A stretch of 63,969 nucleotides of DNA, the filler included, from Vicugna vicugna (Eukaryota): the NCBI GenBank assembly GCA_013265495.1. It is 79 parts of 77 records of this genome, joined end to end, with 100 filler letters (N's around TTAATTAATTAA, not from the genome) between each part and the next. Parts side by side here need not be neighbours in the genome. Positions count along the whole stretch, not along the records: positions 63,851 to 63,969 come from MU061558.1; 78 more parts are not named here. One strand, written 5' to 3'. Under the pieces are notes generated by a model that searched no databases, was not told where the DNA came from, and saw only the letters and a list, made by a program, of their open reading frames with translations. Below are positions 63,851-63,969 of the stretch, one piece after another (position 1 is the stretch's first letter; every line of letters begins with the position of its first letter). The position numbers were made by a program, and so were the translations under genes.

Positions 63851-63969
63851 TCTAATATTCTATATCGTATAATTTGGGTTCATCATTCTATATTCTATAT
63901 TCTATATGCTGCATTCCGTAGTCAAAATTCTATATTCTGTGTTCTAAATTCTATATTCTAAATTCTATA
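63851..63969 (+). repeat. Simple satellite E
   Basis: ttctata heptamers. Confidence 0.9.

Overview
This is not a contiguous locus. It is about 79 short unplaced mammalian scaffolds joined by an artificial 100-bp spacer (N44-TTAATTAATTAA-N44), with many internal N gaps, so nearly all ORFs in the supplied track are gap or repeat artefacts and adjacency across spacers is meaningless. A Vic-1-type tRNA-derived SINE and cetartiodactyl-type L1 3' ends point to a camelid genome (inference). Much of the called sequence is tandem repeat: two related ~246-249 bp satellites (A, B), two related ~263-267 bp satellites (C, D), a TTCTATA-based simple satellite, a diverged 181-bp repeat, and 42-bp and 16-bp minisatellites. 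The rest is L1/L2/MIR/MER5 fragments and unique or low-copy DNA. Gene fragments I recognise, none called as an ORF in the track: two diverged copies of the HSFY 3' end (one with a stop-loss extension) and an IGLV2-type lambda V promoter/leader with an in-frame stop. There are also several unidentified exon-like pieces, one of them multicopy, and a systematic 'X-a-X' duplication artefact. I see no evidence for a complete novel biological system; the best leads are the HSFY variants, the satellite relationships and the unidentified multicopy exon.
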